Assembly: GCA_029856145.1 (NCBI GenBank) | Contig: JAHQWK010000001.1 | Span: forward strand, 1-64,000 | Length of the DNA stretch: 64,000 nucleotides | DNA from: Promethearchaeia archaeon | Lineage (GTDB): Archaea > Asgardarchaeota > Lokiarchaeia > Sigyniarchaeales > SOKP01 | Direction of reading: 5' to 3' | Part shown: positions 46,538 through 56,334 of the stretch, one piece after another | How the letters are laid out: each line of letters opens with the position of its first letter | How positions within the stretch are numbered: the first letter of the stretch is position 1 | Translations under genes and position numbers: made by a program | Notes under the pieces: model-generated | Database searches by the model: none | Told to the model about the DNA's origin: nothing | Seen by the model: the letters and a program-made list of their open reading frames with translations, nothing else

Positions 46538-48442
46538 TTAAATACCTAATTTTTCCCTATTCTTCTCAATATGGGCTAGCATTGCATCGACGGCTTGAAT
46601 TGGATCAGTTTCAACATGCAATATTCCACCTGTTAAATCTTTACAATCTTCGGTTAAGAGTTTAACTAAATCGGTACCTCCAGTGACTGTAGGTACTGGA
46701 TTGACATATGTATATAGACCAAATGCTAAAGCGAATATAGCATCAATCGTGGCTTTCTGCTCCATATATTCTGGAGCTGCTGCTACTACTGGTAAATCTG
46801 AAATTGGTACGCCACCAAGTGCAGCAGAGATAGCTCCTATCAAATCGGCAACTCTACCTGTATCTGTGCATGTTCCATAACTAAGAACTGGAGGAATACC
46901 TAATTTTTCACAAACAGCTTTAAGTCCAGGTCCAGCCATATCCTTTGCTTCTGGTACACATAATCCTCCAACTTGTAAAGCACCGTTACCGCACCCCATT
47001 GATAATACCAAAACATCTCTTTTAATTAATTCTTTAGCCACTTGAATTGTATGCACATCTTGTCCATAATCTCTAAGTGTAGTACAAGATATTAATCCGG
47101 CAATTCCTCGAATAGTGCCATTTTTAATTACATCTAGTAATGGATCAAGTGTCCCTCCAAGAGCAGCAAGAATACTTTCACTCGAAAATCCAACTACAGC
47201 TTCATTCATGTCTAAACCCATAATAGGTTCCACACTTGCTTTACGTTCCTTGAAATTATCAATTGCCATTTGAATTAATGTCGCTGCTTGCGCTTCAGCT
47301 TTTTCAGGTTTATAATCCACTCGTTCAGTTATGCCCTCAAAAACCACGACTTCTGAAACCGGAATTAACTTGAATTTATATTTTTCAGCATATATAGGGT
47401 CAATTGGCATACAACAATTCATATCACAGATAAAGGCATCAATGCAGCCACTTGCCAAAATTGCTTCTTGCATAATCCAATTTCCTGTAAATCCATAAAA
47501 AACATCATCCATTTCCCATCTTTGTATCATTTCTTGTCCAGTCTCAATATTTGCTAGAATTCTTAATCCTTTTGCCCCAACTGCCTTCGCCTTTTCTTGC
47601 CATTCAGATTTTCGTGCAAGCTGGACCATTGCAAATCCTAGAAATGGTTCATGCCCATTTGGAAGTATGTTTACATAATCTGGGTCTAATACTCCTAGAT
47701 TAACTCTCATTTTATGTGGTCTGGGAATATTAAATAAAATATCCTGAGTGAATTCATTAACAATTTGGCTTTGATAAGCCATCGCAATCCCAAGCCTCAT
47801 TGCTTTAAGAGCTAAACTTGCATAATATCCATCAACATTTGTAAGGCAAGAGCTTGTTGAGAACATCATTTCACCATAAATTCCGCCTGGGAATATTCCT
47901 AATTTTTTCCATACTTCTTGTCTTTCGGGTGGTGCTAATTTCTCAACAATTTTACTTTGTTCATCATAAGGTATATTAAAATCTTCCTTTGCAAAATTAT
48001 ATAATCTAAGTGCAATATCTTTTTCTGAACCATACGTATCTAAACCAAGACGCCCAACAAAACTTTTTAGTTTCTCGGGTTCAGAAATTTTAAAAGGAGT
48101 TAGACCTTCTACCGTTGCCTTTAAGGTTTTTAAAGTTGTTTCAGTATGATAATGATAAGTAGATGCCCCCATTACATTTCTAAGAAGCATCATTCGCATT
48201 GCCATTCCATCCGCGGTAATTCCACATACACCACGTTTATCTATTGATGAGTCAGCTCTACATGGACCATTAGAACATAAATCACAACGAGCCCCTTTTA
48301 AACAAAATGGACATCGTTTATCAGGATCTCCTCCAAAACCTTGTGCTTCAAATCGATCCCAGATATTATTCATACCATCTTTTTTAATTCTCTCATAAAC
48401 TTTTTGAACAGATTTATGATAAGAAATTCTTTCGTTTTCCAT
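46538..48442 (-). CDS. cooS: CO dehydrogenase catalytic-subunit homolog, divergent (CooS-V/clade D-like)
   Basis: B-cluster CDLCSNGPC...VCG; GHEP, IETG (Cys to Glu), DMNC, SCTT, MGCG, GTCTD, EQKA. Confidence 0.9.
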   Translation of the reverse strand: MENERISYHKSVQKVYERIKKDGMNNIWDRFEAQGFGGDPDKRCPFCLKGARCDLCSNGPCRADSSIDKRGVCGITADGMAMRMMLLRNVMGASTYHYHTETTLKTLKATVEGLTPFKISEPEKLKSFVGRLGLDTYGSEKDIALRLYNFAKEDFNIPYDEQSKIVEKLAPPERQEVWKKLGIFPGGIYGEMMFSTSSCLTNVDGYYASLALKAMRLGIAMAYQSQIVNEFTQDILFNIPRPHKMRVNLGVLDPDYVNILPNGHEPFLGFAMVQLARKSEWQEKAKAVGAKGLRILANIETGQEMIQRWEMDDVFYGFTGNWIMQEAILASGCIDAFICDMNCCMPIDPIYAEKYKFKLIPVSEVVVFEGITERVDYKPEKAEAQAATLIQMAIDNFKERKASVEPIMGLDMNEAVVGFSSESILAALGGTLDPLLDVIKNGTIRGIAGLISCTTLRDYGQDVHTIQVAKELIKRDVLVLSMGCGNGALQVGGLCVPEAKDMAGPGLKAVCEKLGIPPVLSYGTCTDTGRVADLIGAISAALGGVPISDLPVVAAAPEYMEQKATIDAIFALAFGLYTYVNPVPTVTGGTDLVKLLTEDCKDLTGGILHVETDPIQAVDAMLAHIEKNREKLGI

Positions 48443-48513
48443 AAATTACCACTTTTTACATATTTTTTAAAATTGATTTCTTTAAAATATAATATCATTT
48501 AAGTTTAAATTTA

Positions 48514-48523
48514 AACATGTTCA
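48514..48523. promoter_or_regulatory. AACATGTTCA motif in the cooS / oxidoreductase divergent promoter
   Basis: Matches the site at 46418. Confidence 0.5.
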
Positions 48524-48593
48524 TAAGGGTATTACTTTAAGATTACAATATATAATAAAAACTTTAAAATAAGATGCAAAAACTAATAATTCT

Positions 48594-49946
48594 ATGAAAG
48601 TTGTAATAATAGGGAATAATGTTTCTGGGACTTTTACTGCCCAAAACATAAGAGCTCTCAAGGATGATATAGAAATTGATATATTTACGCAAGAAAGTTA
48701 TCCTTACTATACTAGAGTCAATTTACCAGAATTAATATCAGAAAAAGTTACAATTGATGACTTAGTCGTTTTTAAAGAAGATTGGTATAAAAATAGGCAA
48801 TTAAACTTACACTTAAATAAAAAAGTAAATAAGATCGATTCTAATGCAAAAATAATACAAATTGAGGGTGATAGTATGCCTATTGATTATGATAAACTTA
48901 TTTTAGCACTTGGAAGCGTACCCAATATTCCTCCTATTAAGAACGCGGTTGAAATGAAAGATCAAAAGAAAGGAGTATTCACATTACGAAGTATTGATGA
49001 TGCTTTAGAAATACGAGATTATCTCAAAAAGTCCGCAATTGAAAAAGCTATTATTATTGGTGGAGGTTTACTAGGCTTAGAATTAGCTAATCAAATTAAA
49101 GATTGTAATTTGAATACAACAGTAGTAGAATTCTTTCCTCGATTATTACCAAGACAACTAGATGAAGAATGTGGTGCTATGTTAAAAGAAGAAATTGAAA
49201 ACAGAGGAATCAAAGTAGTTTTAGATGCAGCTACTGAAGAAATATTAGGAAATGGTAGAGTTACAGGAATTAAATTAAAAGGTGGAGAGCAATATGATAC
49301 AGATGTGGTTTTAATCCAAGCAGGTATTAGCCCAACAATAAGATTAGCTAAAGAAGCAAATATCCAAACAAATAGGGGAATTATTGTTAATGATTTTTTA
49401 GAAACCAGTGAAAAAGATATCTACGCTGTTGGTGATTGTATAGAATATAAAAATCAAATTTGGGGTATTATCCCTGCTTGCATGGAACAATCAAAAATAG
49501 TTGCTGCCTCTGTACTTGGGTTAAAAAAAGTAGATTATAAAGGAACAACTCCAAAAAACACGCTTAAAATAGTTGGATTAGAATTAACTTCAATAGGAAT
49601 TATAGATCCTACAAAAGAAGAAGGCGGTGGTTGGGAAATCTTGAAAAAAGCTGATAAAAAAGATTGCTGTTATCAGAAATTAGTGTTAAAAGGGAGTAGA
49701 CTAAAAGGCGCCATTTTATTCGGTGAAAATAAAGCAATTTCTTATGTTTATAATAAAATGGAAGAAGATGTAGATAGGGAAGATTTAAGAAAATTGTTAG
49801 AATTGTATATTTATGTATGTAATAATTGCGGAAAGGAATATGATGAGGCTAAAATGGGCATTCTTTTTAAAGATTTGCCAGAAGATTTCAAATGTCCGGG
49901 ATGTAATGGACCTAAAGAAAAATTTAAGAAAAAAGATAATTCTTAA
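48594..49946 (+). CDS. NAD(P)H:rubredoxin oxidoreductase-like flavoprotein with fused C-terminal rubredoxin
   Basis: GGGLLGLE, YAVGDC; YVCNNCG.EYD...LPEDFKCPGC. Confidence 0.88.
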   Translation: MKVVIIGNNVSGTFTAQNIRALKDDIEIDIFTQESYPYYTRVNLPELISEKVTIDDLVVFKEDWYKNRQLNLHLNKKVNKIDSNAKIIQIEGDSMPIDYDKLILALGSVPNIPPIKNAVEMKDQKKGVFTLRSIDDALEIRDYLKKSAIEKAIIIGGGLLGLELANQIKDCNLNTTVVEFFPRLLPRQLDEECGAMLKEEIENRGIKVVLDAATEEILGNGRVTGIKLKGGEQYDTDVVLIQAGISPTIRLAKEANIQTNRGIIVNDFLETSEKDIYAVGDCIEYKNQIWGIIPACMEQSKIVAASVLGLKKVDYKGTTPKNTLKIVGLELTSIGIIDPTKEEGGGWEILKKADKKDCCYQKLVLKGSRLKGAILFGENKAISYVYNKMEEDVDREDLRKLLELYIYVCNNCGKEYDEAKMGILFKDLPEDFKCPGCNGPKEKFKKKDNS

Positions 49947-49972
49947 ATATATTAATAGAGAGGTGATAAACA

Positions 49973-50122
49973 ATTTCTATATATCGATGTAAGAGATGTA
50001 ATTATCTTTATATTAACGATGAAAAGGATAAACCTTTCGAGGAATTAGATGAAGGAGAATTTAGATGTCCTAAGTGTCGATCTTCAAAAAAATTTTTTGT
50101 GAGGAAAGAATCCCCTTCCTAA
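49973..50122 (+). CDS. Rubredoxin-like protein, ATT start ((M)SIYRCKRCNYLY...FRCPKC)
   Basis: GAGGTGA SD; in-frame TAA at 49967; two CxxC motifs. Confidence 0.75.
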   Translation: MSIYRCKRCNYLYINDEKDKPFEELDEGEFRCPKCRSSKKFFVRKESPS

Positions 50123-50260
50123 TTTTTTTCATTATTATTTAAAGCTTATAAATATTTGAAATGGATTATCTTTATAAAATATTAAATTAATATTTTTAAT
50201 ATATTTTCAATTTAAATCCATAAGAGTCTTCAATTTAATCAATAATAAAGGTGAAAGAAT

Positions 50261-50398
50261 ATGGCAGTTTGGGAATGCACCGCGTGTGGTTATCTCTATG
50301 ATGAGGAAAAAGAAGGAACTAAATGGGAAGACCTCCCTGATGATTGGACATGTCCAGTCTGTGGTGTCGGCAAAGACATGTTCGAAAAAATAAGTTAA
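50261..50398 (+). CDS. Rubredoxin ([45 protein letters not shown])
   Basis: Canonical rubredoxin motif; GGTGA SD. Confidence 0.95.
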   Translation: MAVWECTACGYLYDEEKEGTKWEDLPDDWTCPVCGVGKDMFEKIS

Positions 50399-50576
50399 TC
50401 AAATCAATACTCTTCTTCAATTTTTTTTTATTAATTTTATTCAATTTCAAGTAATTTAGTTGTAACTTAAAATACTGTAATATTCTGCAAAAATTTTTTA
50501 AATATTTCAATTTTTAAATATAAGAGTAAAAAGTAAAAATAAAATCTAAAAACAACAGACCTAATGAATATTTAAT

Positions 50577-50957
50577 ATGAATGAAATAAAAAAGATTATT
50601 GACGAATTGGGAATTGCTGCACTAGAAGCTAACACAAAAATTGCTGGACTCGCAGTTGTGTCTGATTCGGGAAAGTTAGTTTTCCAGACAGACAATTGGG
50701 ATCTAACCAATCACACGAACATGATACTGGATGTCATTAAAGGAGACCGCACTTTTGTTTTGAATGATGGAGAATTTTCGGTTGTTGAAACTAAAACTGA
50801 AGGAATTATTGGAACCAGTCATAGCGGGATGGGACATATAATATTCGCTCTATTTCAAGGAGGTGTGCTTGTATCATATGCCATGCCTCAAGCAGATCCA
50901 CCCAAAGTATTAACTTTTCTCAAAAATTTTGCGATGAGATTGAATGGGAAGGTATAA
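50577..50957 (+). CDS. Asgard profilin
   Basis: GLAVVSDSGKLVFQTDNWD...IIGTS..GMGHII...LVSY pattern typical of Loki profilins. Confidence 0.8.
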   Translation: MNEIKKIIDELGIAALEANTKIAGLAVVSDSGKLVFQTDNWDLTNHTNMILDVIKGDRTFVLNDGEFSVVETKTEGIIGTSHSGMGHIIFALFQGGVLVSYAMPQADPPKVLTFLKNFAMRLNGKV

Positions 50958-51343
50958 TTGAAAATTATGCTTGTTCAATCACCTTCATACTTTCTTCTTT
51001 TGTAACTGTTGATTTTTTCAACACTCTTTTAGCAAGATAAATTTAACAAGTTATCATCTCTTTTAAGGGGTGGCCCTATAAAGAATATTAAGTATTAATG
51101 CAACATAGTTTCGCTCTCTTGGATTGTGAGGACTAAATCATTTGCAAGATGGTGAACAATTTGTAGGTAAAGATATGTTTGAAATAATTGAATGACTAAC
51201 AATTCAATATACTTTTTTAATTTTTTATTTATTGCTTAATTTTCTGCAAAATTTTATAATATATAGAATATAAGTTTTTAACTTGATTCAAATTAATATT
51301 ACAAAATAACCATTAAATCCTATTAAATTAAGGTGAAATTAAA

Positions 51344-52549
51344 ATTACACATTTAGAATTAATGAAAGATGTCTATTATGTTGGTTATATAGATTGGGAA
51401 GTAAGGAATTTTCATGGATATTCTACTAATCGAGGTAGTAGTTATAATGCATATATAGTTAAAGGAGAGAAAAATGTACTGATTGACACTATTAAACGTC
51501 CTTATTTTGATTACTTTTTGGAAAACATTAAAGAAGTGTGCGATCCTTCTGAAATTGATTATTTCATTACAAACCATGTTGAGTTGGATCACTCTGGGTC
51601 ATTTCCATTAATTCTTAAGTATCTTCCCAATACTGAATTACTTGCTTCAAAGAGTGGGGTTGATATTTTAAAAGCCCACTTTCATGGGGAAGTTGATGAA
51701 GATTCATTTAATAAAATTAGAGCTGTCGAGGAAGGGGATACTTTAGACATTGGAAATGGTAAAAAGTTTACATTTGTTCCCATTCCGATGATTCACTGGC
51801 CTGATTCCATGGTGTCTTTTATGACTGATGAAAATGGGAAAAATATACTTTTTTCTAATGATGCTTTTGGACAACATTATGCAACATCCAAACGTTGGGA
51901 TGATGAAAATGATCTTGCTGAAATTTTTCAGGAAGCAGAAAAATATTATGCGAACATTTTACTTCATCTTTCTGGGCTAATAGCAAAGGCAATACCAAAG
52001 GTTGGAGCATTACCAATCGAAGTTATATGTACCTCTCATGGGATTTGTTGGAGAAAGCATATCCCTGAAATTTTAGAAAGATATACCAAATGGAGTAAAG
52101 GGGAAATTGATGAAAAAAGTGTACTCATCGTATACGACACAATGTGGGAAAGCACGGCAAAAATCGCCAAAGCCTTAACTAAGGAAATTAAACATCGAGG
52201 AATTCCGGTAAAAAGGTATAATTTAACTCATGCTGATTATTCAGACGTAATCACAGAAGCTATGAAATCAAAAGCTATCATAGTTGGGAGCCCTACCCTA
52301 AATAATGGATTATATCCTACAGTTGCAGAATATCTTTCATATCAAAAAGGACTGAAACCTATGAATAAGGTTGGATTAGCTTTTGGTTCATACGGTTGGG
52401 GCGGAGGTGCTGTAAAAGAAATTGTGGAATTAATGAAGGCGGCAAAGATTGATGTTATGGAAGAAACCATAGAGATTAAATTTGTACCAAAGCCAGAAGA
52501 TTTAGATTTCAAAGAAATTGTTGATAAATTAATTAAGAAAATGGACTAA
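51344..52549 (+). CDS. fprA: Flavodiiron protein FprA (ATT start at 51344 proposed; first ATG 51362)
   Basis: SYNAY, NHVELDHSG, HWPD, FSNDAFG, flavodoxin YDTMWEST and FGSYGW. Confidence 0.93.
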   Translation: MTHLELMKDVYYVGYIDWEVRNFHGYSTNRGSSYNAYIVKGEKNVLIDTIKRPYFDYFLENIKEVCDPSEIDYFITNHVELDHSGSFPLILKYLPNTELLASKSGVDILKAHFHGEVDEDSFNKIRAVEEGDTLDIGNGKKFTFVPIPMIHWPDSMVSFMTDENGKNILFSNDAFGQHYATSKRWDDENDLAEIFQEAEKYYANILLHLSGLIAKAIPKVGALPIEVICTSHGICWRKHIPEILERYTKWSKGEIDEKSVLIVYDTMWESTAKIAKALTKEIKHRGIPVKRYNLTHADYSDVITEAMKSKAIIVGSPTLNNGLYPTVAEYLSYQKGLKPMNKVGLAFGSYGWGGGAVKEIVELMKAAKIDVMEETIEIKFVPKPEDLDFKEIVDKLIKKMD

Positions 52550-52563
52550 AAAAGGTTAAGAAA

Positions 52564-53742
52564 ATGGATTTTTCACTTTCAGAAGAACAAAAAGTTTTAC
52601 AAAAAAAGGCAAGAGAGTTTGCAATTCGTGAAATACTACCAGTTGCACGAAAATATGATGAATCTGAAGAATTTCCTCTACCAGTTATTAAAAAAGCTTG
52701 GGAAGAAGGATTATTGAATTTAGGAATCCCTAAAGAGTATGGTGGCCCTGGTTATAGCTTATTAAGCTCTTGTGTTGTTGTTGAGGAAATCTCATCTGCA
52801 TGTCCTGGCATTGCTACTTCTATTTTTGATAATAATCTCGGTGCTGAACCTATAGTTATCGGAGGAAATGAAGAACAAAAGCAGAGAATTTTAACTGAAC
52901 TAGTTAATGAGTTTAAATTGATCGCATTTGCCACATCTGAGCCAACGATGGGTTCTGACGTCGCAGGAATGAAATGTCTAGCAGAAAAAGATGGAGATGA
53001 ATATATTTTAAATGGAAATAAGTTTTGGATCACAAATGGAGGATATGCTGATTATATCACTGTATTTGCAACGATTGATCCTGAGAAAAAACACAAAGGG
53101 ATAGCAGCATTTATAGTAGATGCTAAAAGCGAAGGAGTAAAATTAGGTAAACATATACCAAAATTAGGTCAAAGATCATCAAATACTGTATCAGTTGGTT
53201 TAAAAGATGTACGAATTTCTAAAGAAAATGTTCTTGCTAAACCGGGAAGAGGATTTGTATTAGGTATGCAAACCTTTGCTCATACTCGCCCAGCGATAGG
53301 TGCTTTTGCATGTGGTTGTGCGCGTTCTGCGATGGAATATTCCATTGACTACGCACATAAAAGAGAGGCTTTTGGAAGACCAATTGGAAATTATCAAGTA
53401 ATTCAAGAAAAAATAGCCAATATGTATAAAGATATTGAAGCAGCACGGCTATTAACATATAAAGCAGCGTGGGACGCTGATCAAGGTATAGATAATAATT
53501 TGAGTTCTTCAATTGCCAAAGCTTTCGCTTCGGATGTTGCGATGAATGTAACAACAGAAGCAGTGCAAATATTTGGGGGATATGGATATCTAAGAACATA
53601 TCCAGTTGAAAAACTATTTAGAGATGCGAAATTGTACCAAATATATGAAGGAACAAGTGAGATTCAAAGAATCGTTATCTCTCGATTTGTTATGAAAGGA
53701 TATGAACATGCAATGCCTTTTCTTGGAAAAAAAAGAGCTTAA
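52564..53742 (+). CDS. Acyl-CoA dehydrogenase
   Basis: SEPTMGSD, LNGNKFWITNG, QIFGGYGY, IYEGTSEIQ. Confidence 0.95.
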   Translation: MDFSLSEEQKVLQKKAREFAIREILPVARKYDESEEFPLPVIKKAWEEGLLNLGIPKEYGGPGYSLLSSCVVVEEISSACPGIATSIFDNNLGAEPIVIGGNEEQKQRILTELVNEFKLIAFATSEPTMGSDVAGMKCLAEKDGDEYILNGNKFWITNGGYADYITVFATIDPEKKHKGIAAFIVDAKSEGVKLGKHIPKLGQRSSNTVSVGLKDVRISKENVLAKPGRGFVLGMQTFAHTRPAIGAFACGCARSAMEYSIDYAHKREAFGRPIGNYQVIQEKIANMYKDIEAARLLTYKAAWDADQGIDNNLSSSIAKAFASDVAMNVTTEAVQIFGGYGYLRTYPVEKLFRDAKLYQIYEGTSEIQRIVISRFVMKGYEHAMPFLGKKRA

Positions 53743-53778
53743 AATTATTTTTTTATATTAATTTTAATTTTTTCTCTC

Positions 53779-54333
53779 CTAAATTACCATTTTTTTTAAT
53801 ATTATTTTTGCTGTTACTAAGAAATTATCACATATTAGAGTTGGTTTTATTCCAAGAGAATGCAATTCTTCTAGGTGTTTATCACCATGTCCAGTAGTAA
53901 GAAAAATTGTTCTGCAACCTGCATTTATCCCAAATTGTATATCTGAAGGGTGATCACCAATCATCCATGATCGGCTAATATCGATGTTAAACTCATTAAT
54001 GATTTCAGAAATAAATTTTGTTTTAGGTTTCCTACATTCACAATTATCCTCCTTTAAATGAGGACAGAAATATGTCTTTAAAATTTCTATTTTTTGTTTT
54101 TTCAAGATGTGTATTAAATGATTATTGAAATTTTGAAAATCTTGTTTTGTATAATAACCTCTCCCTATTCCAGATTGATTTGTTACAATAAGAAAGAGAA
54201 AATCATTCTGGAGTAATTTTAATCCTTCAATCACCCCATCTAATAATTCAAAATCTTCTATTTTATAAGCATAATTTTTGTCTTCGATTAATGTACCATC
54301 TCTATCCAAAATAATTGCTTTTTTTTTAGTCAC
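53779..54333 (-). CDS. HAD phosphatase, GmhB/HisB-N family
   Basis: LDRDGT, TNQSGIGRG, CPH...CECRKP, MIGD. Confidence 0.9.
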   Translation of the reverse strand: MTKKKAIILDRDGTLIEDKNYAYKIEDFELLDGVIEGLKLLQNDFLFLIVTNQSGIGRGYYTKQDFQNFNNHLIHILKKQKIEILKTYFCPHLKEDNCECRKPKTKFISEIINEFNIDISRSWMIGDHPSDIQFGINAGCRTIFLTTGHGDKHLEELHSLGIKPTLICDNFLVTAKIILKKMVI

Positions 54334-54377
54334 TATTTAATAGATTCCCTCTATTTTTTATTCAAGATTATTAAGTC

Positions 54378-55733
54378 TTAAAAAAATATAAATATAATAA
54401 ATGCGAGATAGGCTATTCCTAATATGATATGTAGAAGCGCAAATAAACCACCAATCTTTAATAATTTCTTGTAATTCATATCATCAACACAATATTTTGT
54501 AGAAAGTTCTAATGTCATCATATCAGCAGCGCTACCTTGTGGTAAGAAATTACCCCCTAAATTTATCCCTAAAATAAAAGCTATTAACAGAGGAACTGAG
54601 GAAAATCCAGTACTTATTAAAACTTGAATAATAGGTATGAAAAGGACTGTGACAGGAAGATTATCAAGAAACCCTGAGAGAATAGATGTTATAATTAGTA
54701 TTAAAACACACAAGAAAAATAAATTAGCGGGTGCTATACTCACTACAAAATTTTTTATGATATCAATGAGCCCCACTTTTTCAAAACAGAATACCAGAAC
54801 AAATAAACTTATAAAAAAGAATGGTAATTTAAAATCAACTTTTCTAAAGTAATAAGAAATATCAGGTTTTTTTCTACCAGACTCACTTCTCCTCGGGTTA
54901 ATAAATACAAATAAAAGCATTCCAAGAAGTCCTACAAACAAAATATCCGGAATAATAATTAACAAGATGAAAAAGATAAATAAAGTGCCTAAATTTCTGT
55001 AAAAAACCTTACGATTAATTGGTTCTTCTATTATTATTAATTCATGTTCCTCTATATGTTCACTTTCTAAAGGCTCATCATATTCGTCGCAGTGAGGAAT
55101 CCAAATTTCCGTTAAGTGTTTTCTGAGAACAAAATAATCTAAAAGAGATAAAGTCAGTAATGTTCCGATAATAAAATAAATCGAAAGGTATGTAAAAAAC
55201 CAAGTTGTTGAAAGCGTAAATCTATTCGCTATTAAAATATTCTGCGCAGACCCAAAAGGAGTCAGAGTTGAGGCAAGATTAATACAGATTGTCATTCCTA
55301 ACAATATTGGAGTAGGATTTATTCTCATTTTTTCACTCGTACTTATAATCATTGGAATGAAGATAACTGCAACTGAAATATCTTCAATGAAAGCAGCGCT
55401 TAAAGTTGAAATTAAACAAATGACCCAAAAAAACTTTCGGGTATTAGTATGGAATTTTTTCGTTATTTTTAAAGCAATTTCTTGAAAAATAAGCTGTTCC
55501 TCTAATATTACAACAATTGTAAATAGACAAATAAGGAAAAAAATGACTGGCCAATCTATTGCCAAAATGAATTCTTCAATAGTAAAAGGCGTTGGTGAGA
55601 AAAGGAAGGTAGCAGTAGCTGCAGCAAGCATAGCTAACACACTATAAGTTAAAAAATCTGTTTTCTCACGAAAAAGCGCTATAATAACAATAATAAAACA
55701 GAAGATTACAAATATTTGTAAAAAGAAAATCAT
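54378..55733 (-). CDS. SLC13/ArsB/NhaD-family permease
   Basis: LTPFGSAQNI, SGFLDNLP, GINLGGNFLPQGSA. Confidence 0.85.
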   Translation of the reverse strand: MIFFLQIFVIFCFIIVIIALFREKTDFLTYSVLAMLAAATATFLFSPTPFTIEEFILAIDWPVIFFLICLFTIVVILEEQLIFQEIALKITKKFHTNTRKFFWVICLISTLSAAFIEDISVAVIFIPMIISTSEKMRINPTPILLGMTICINLASTLTPFGSAQNILIANRFTLSTTWFFTYLSIYFIIGTLLTLSLLDYFVLRKHLTEIWIPHCDEYDEPLESEHIEEHELIIIEEPINRKVFYRNLGTLFIFFILLIIIPDILFVGLLGMLLFVFINPRRSESGRKKPDISYYFRKVDFKLPFFFISLFVLVFCFEKVGLIDIIKNFVVSIAPANLFFLCVLILIITSILSGFLDNLPVTVLFIPIIQVLISTGFSSVPLLIAFILGINLGGNFLPQGSAADMMTLELSTKYCVDDMNYKKLLKIGGLFALLHIILGIAYLAFIIFIFF

Positions 55734-55859
55734 TATTTATCTTAGGGAATGGGATATATAGATAATTCCAATATTAACAATTGTGTTTTAAAAGCTTAAA
55801 ATTTCATTATTTTAAAATATTTAAAAAATAAAAAAAAAGAATAATAGGTAATTTCAAAT

Positions 55860-56246
55860 TTAACTTTTCCATAAAAAGTGTAAATTACAATATTCTCGTG
55901 CCCAAAGGCCTTCTGGATTAGCAACAGAAAAAGTTGCTTTAGGTTCAGCTCCAGGTTTTAAGAATCTTCTTTCGTAACATCCGTCTTTACAAATTATTTC
56001 AATCCACATAATATAATGCTCATCGGTCATAGGATGAGGAGTTCCCATTGAGATCCCTATATCAACAGTGACTTTATTACCTTCAACAGTTATTTTAGGA
56101 ACATGCTTTTCTGATTTCCATTCAGCAATTTGTTCTTCCATAAGTTTCATTGGTTGACCACAACAAATAGTTTCTGGGACACCTGGATTCAATATTTCAA
56201 TTACTTTTCCACAAATACTACATCTATATATTTCTTTTTGTTTCAT
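55860..56246 (-). CDS. dfx: Desulfoferrodoxin (2Fe superoxide reductase)
   Basis: CSIC...CC, EKHVP, HPM, EYCNLH. Confidence 0.95.
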   Translation of the reverse strand: MKQKEIYRCSICGKVIEILNPGVPETICCGQPMKLMEEQIAEWKSEKHVPKITVEGNKVTVDIGISMGTPHPMTDEHYIMWIEIICKDGCYERRFLKPGAEPKATFSVANPEGLWAREYCNLHFLWKS

Positions 56247-56334
56247 AATTATTTCACGTGTTCTTTTTTTATCTTAAAATCAGATAGTTTAATTTTTAAA
56301 AATTTTGATTTTAAATTAAAAATTCATAGTTTTT

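Noticed and set aside
50960-51190. Degenerate minus-strand coding-like fragment (...YLAKRVLKKSTVTKEESMKVIEQA*), possible IS or gene remnant
   Set aside because: No recognisable family, terminal repeats or continuous frame.
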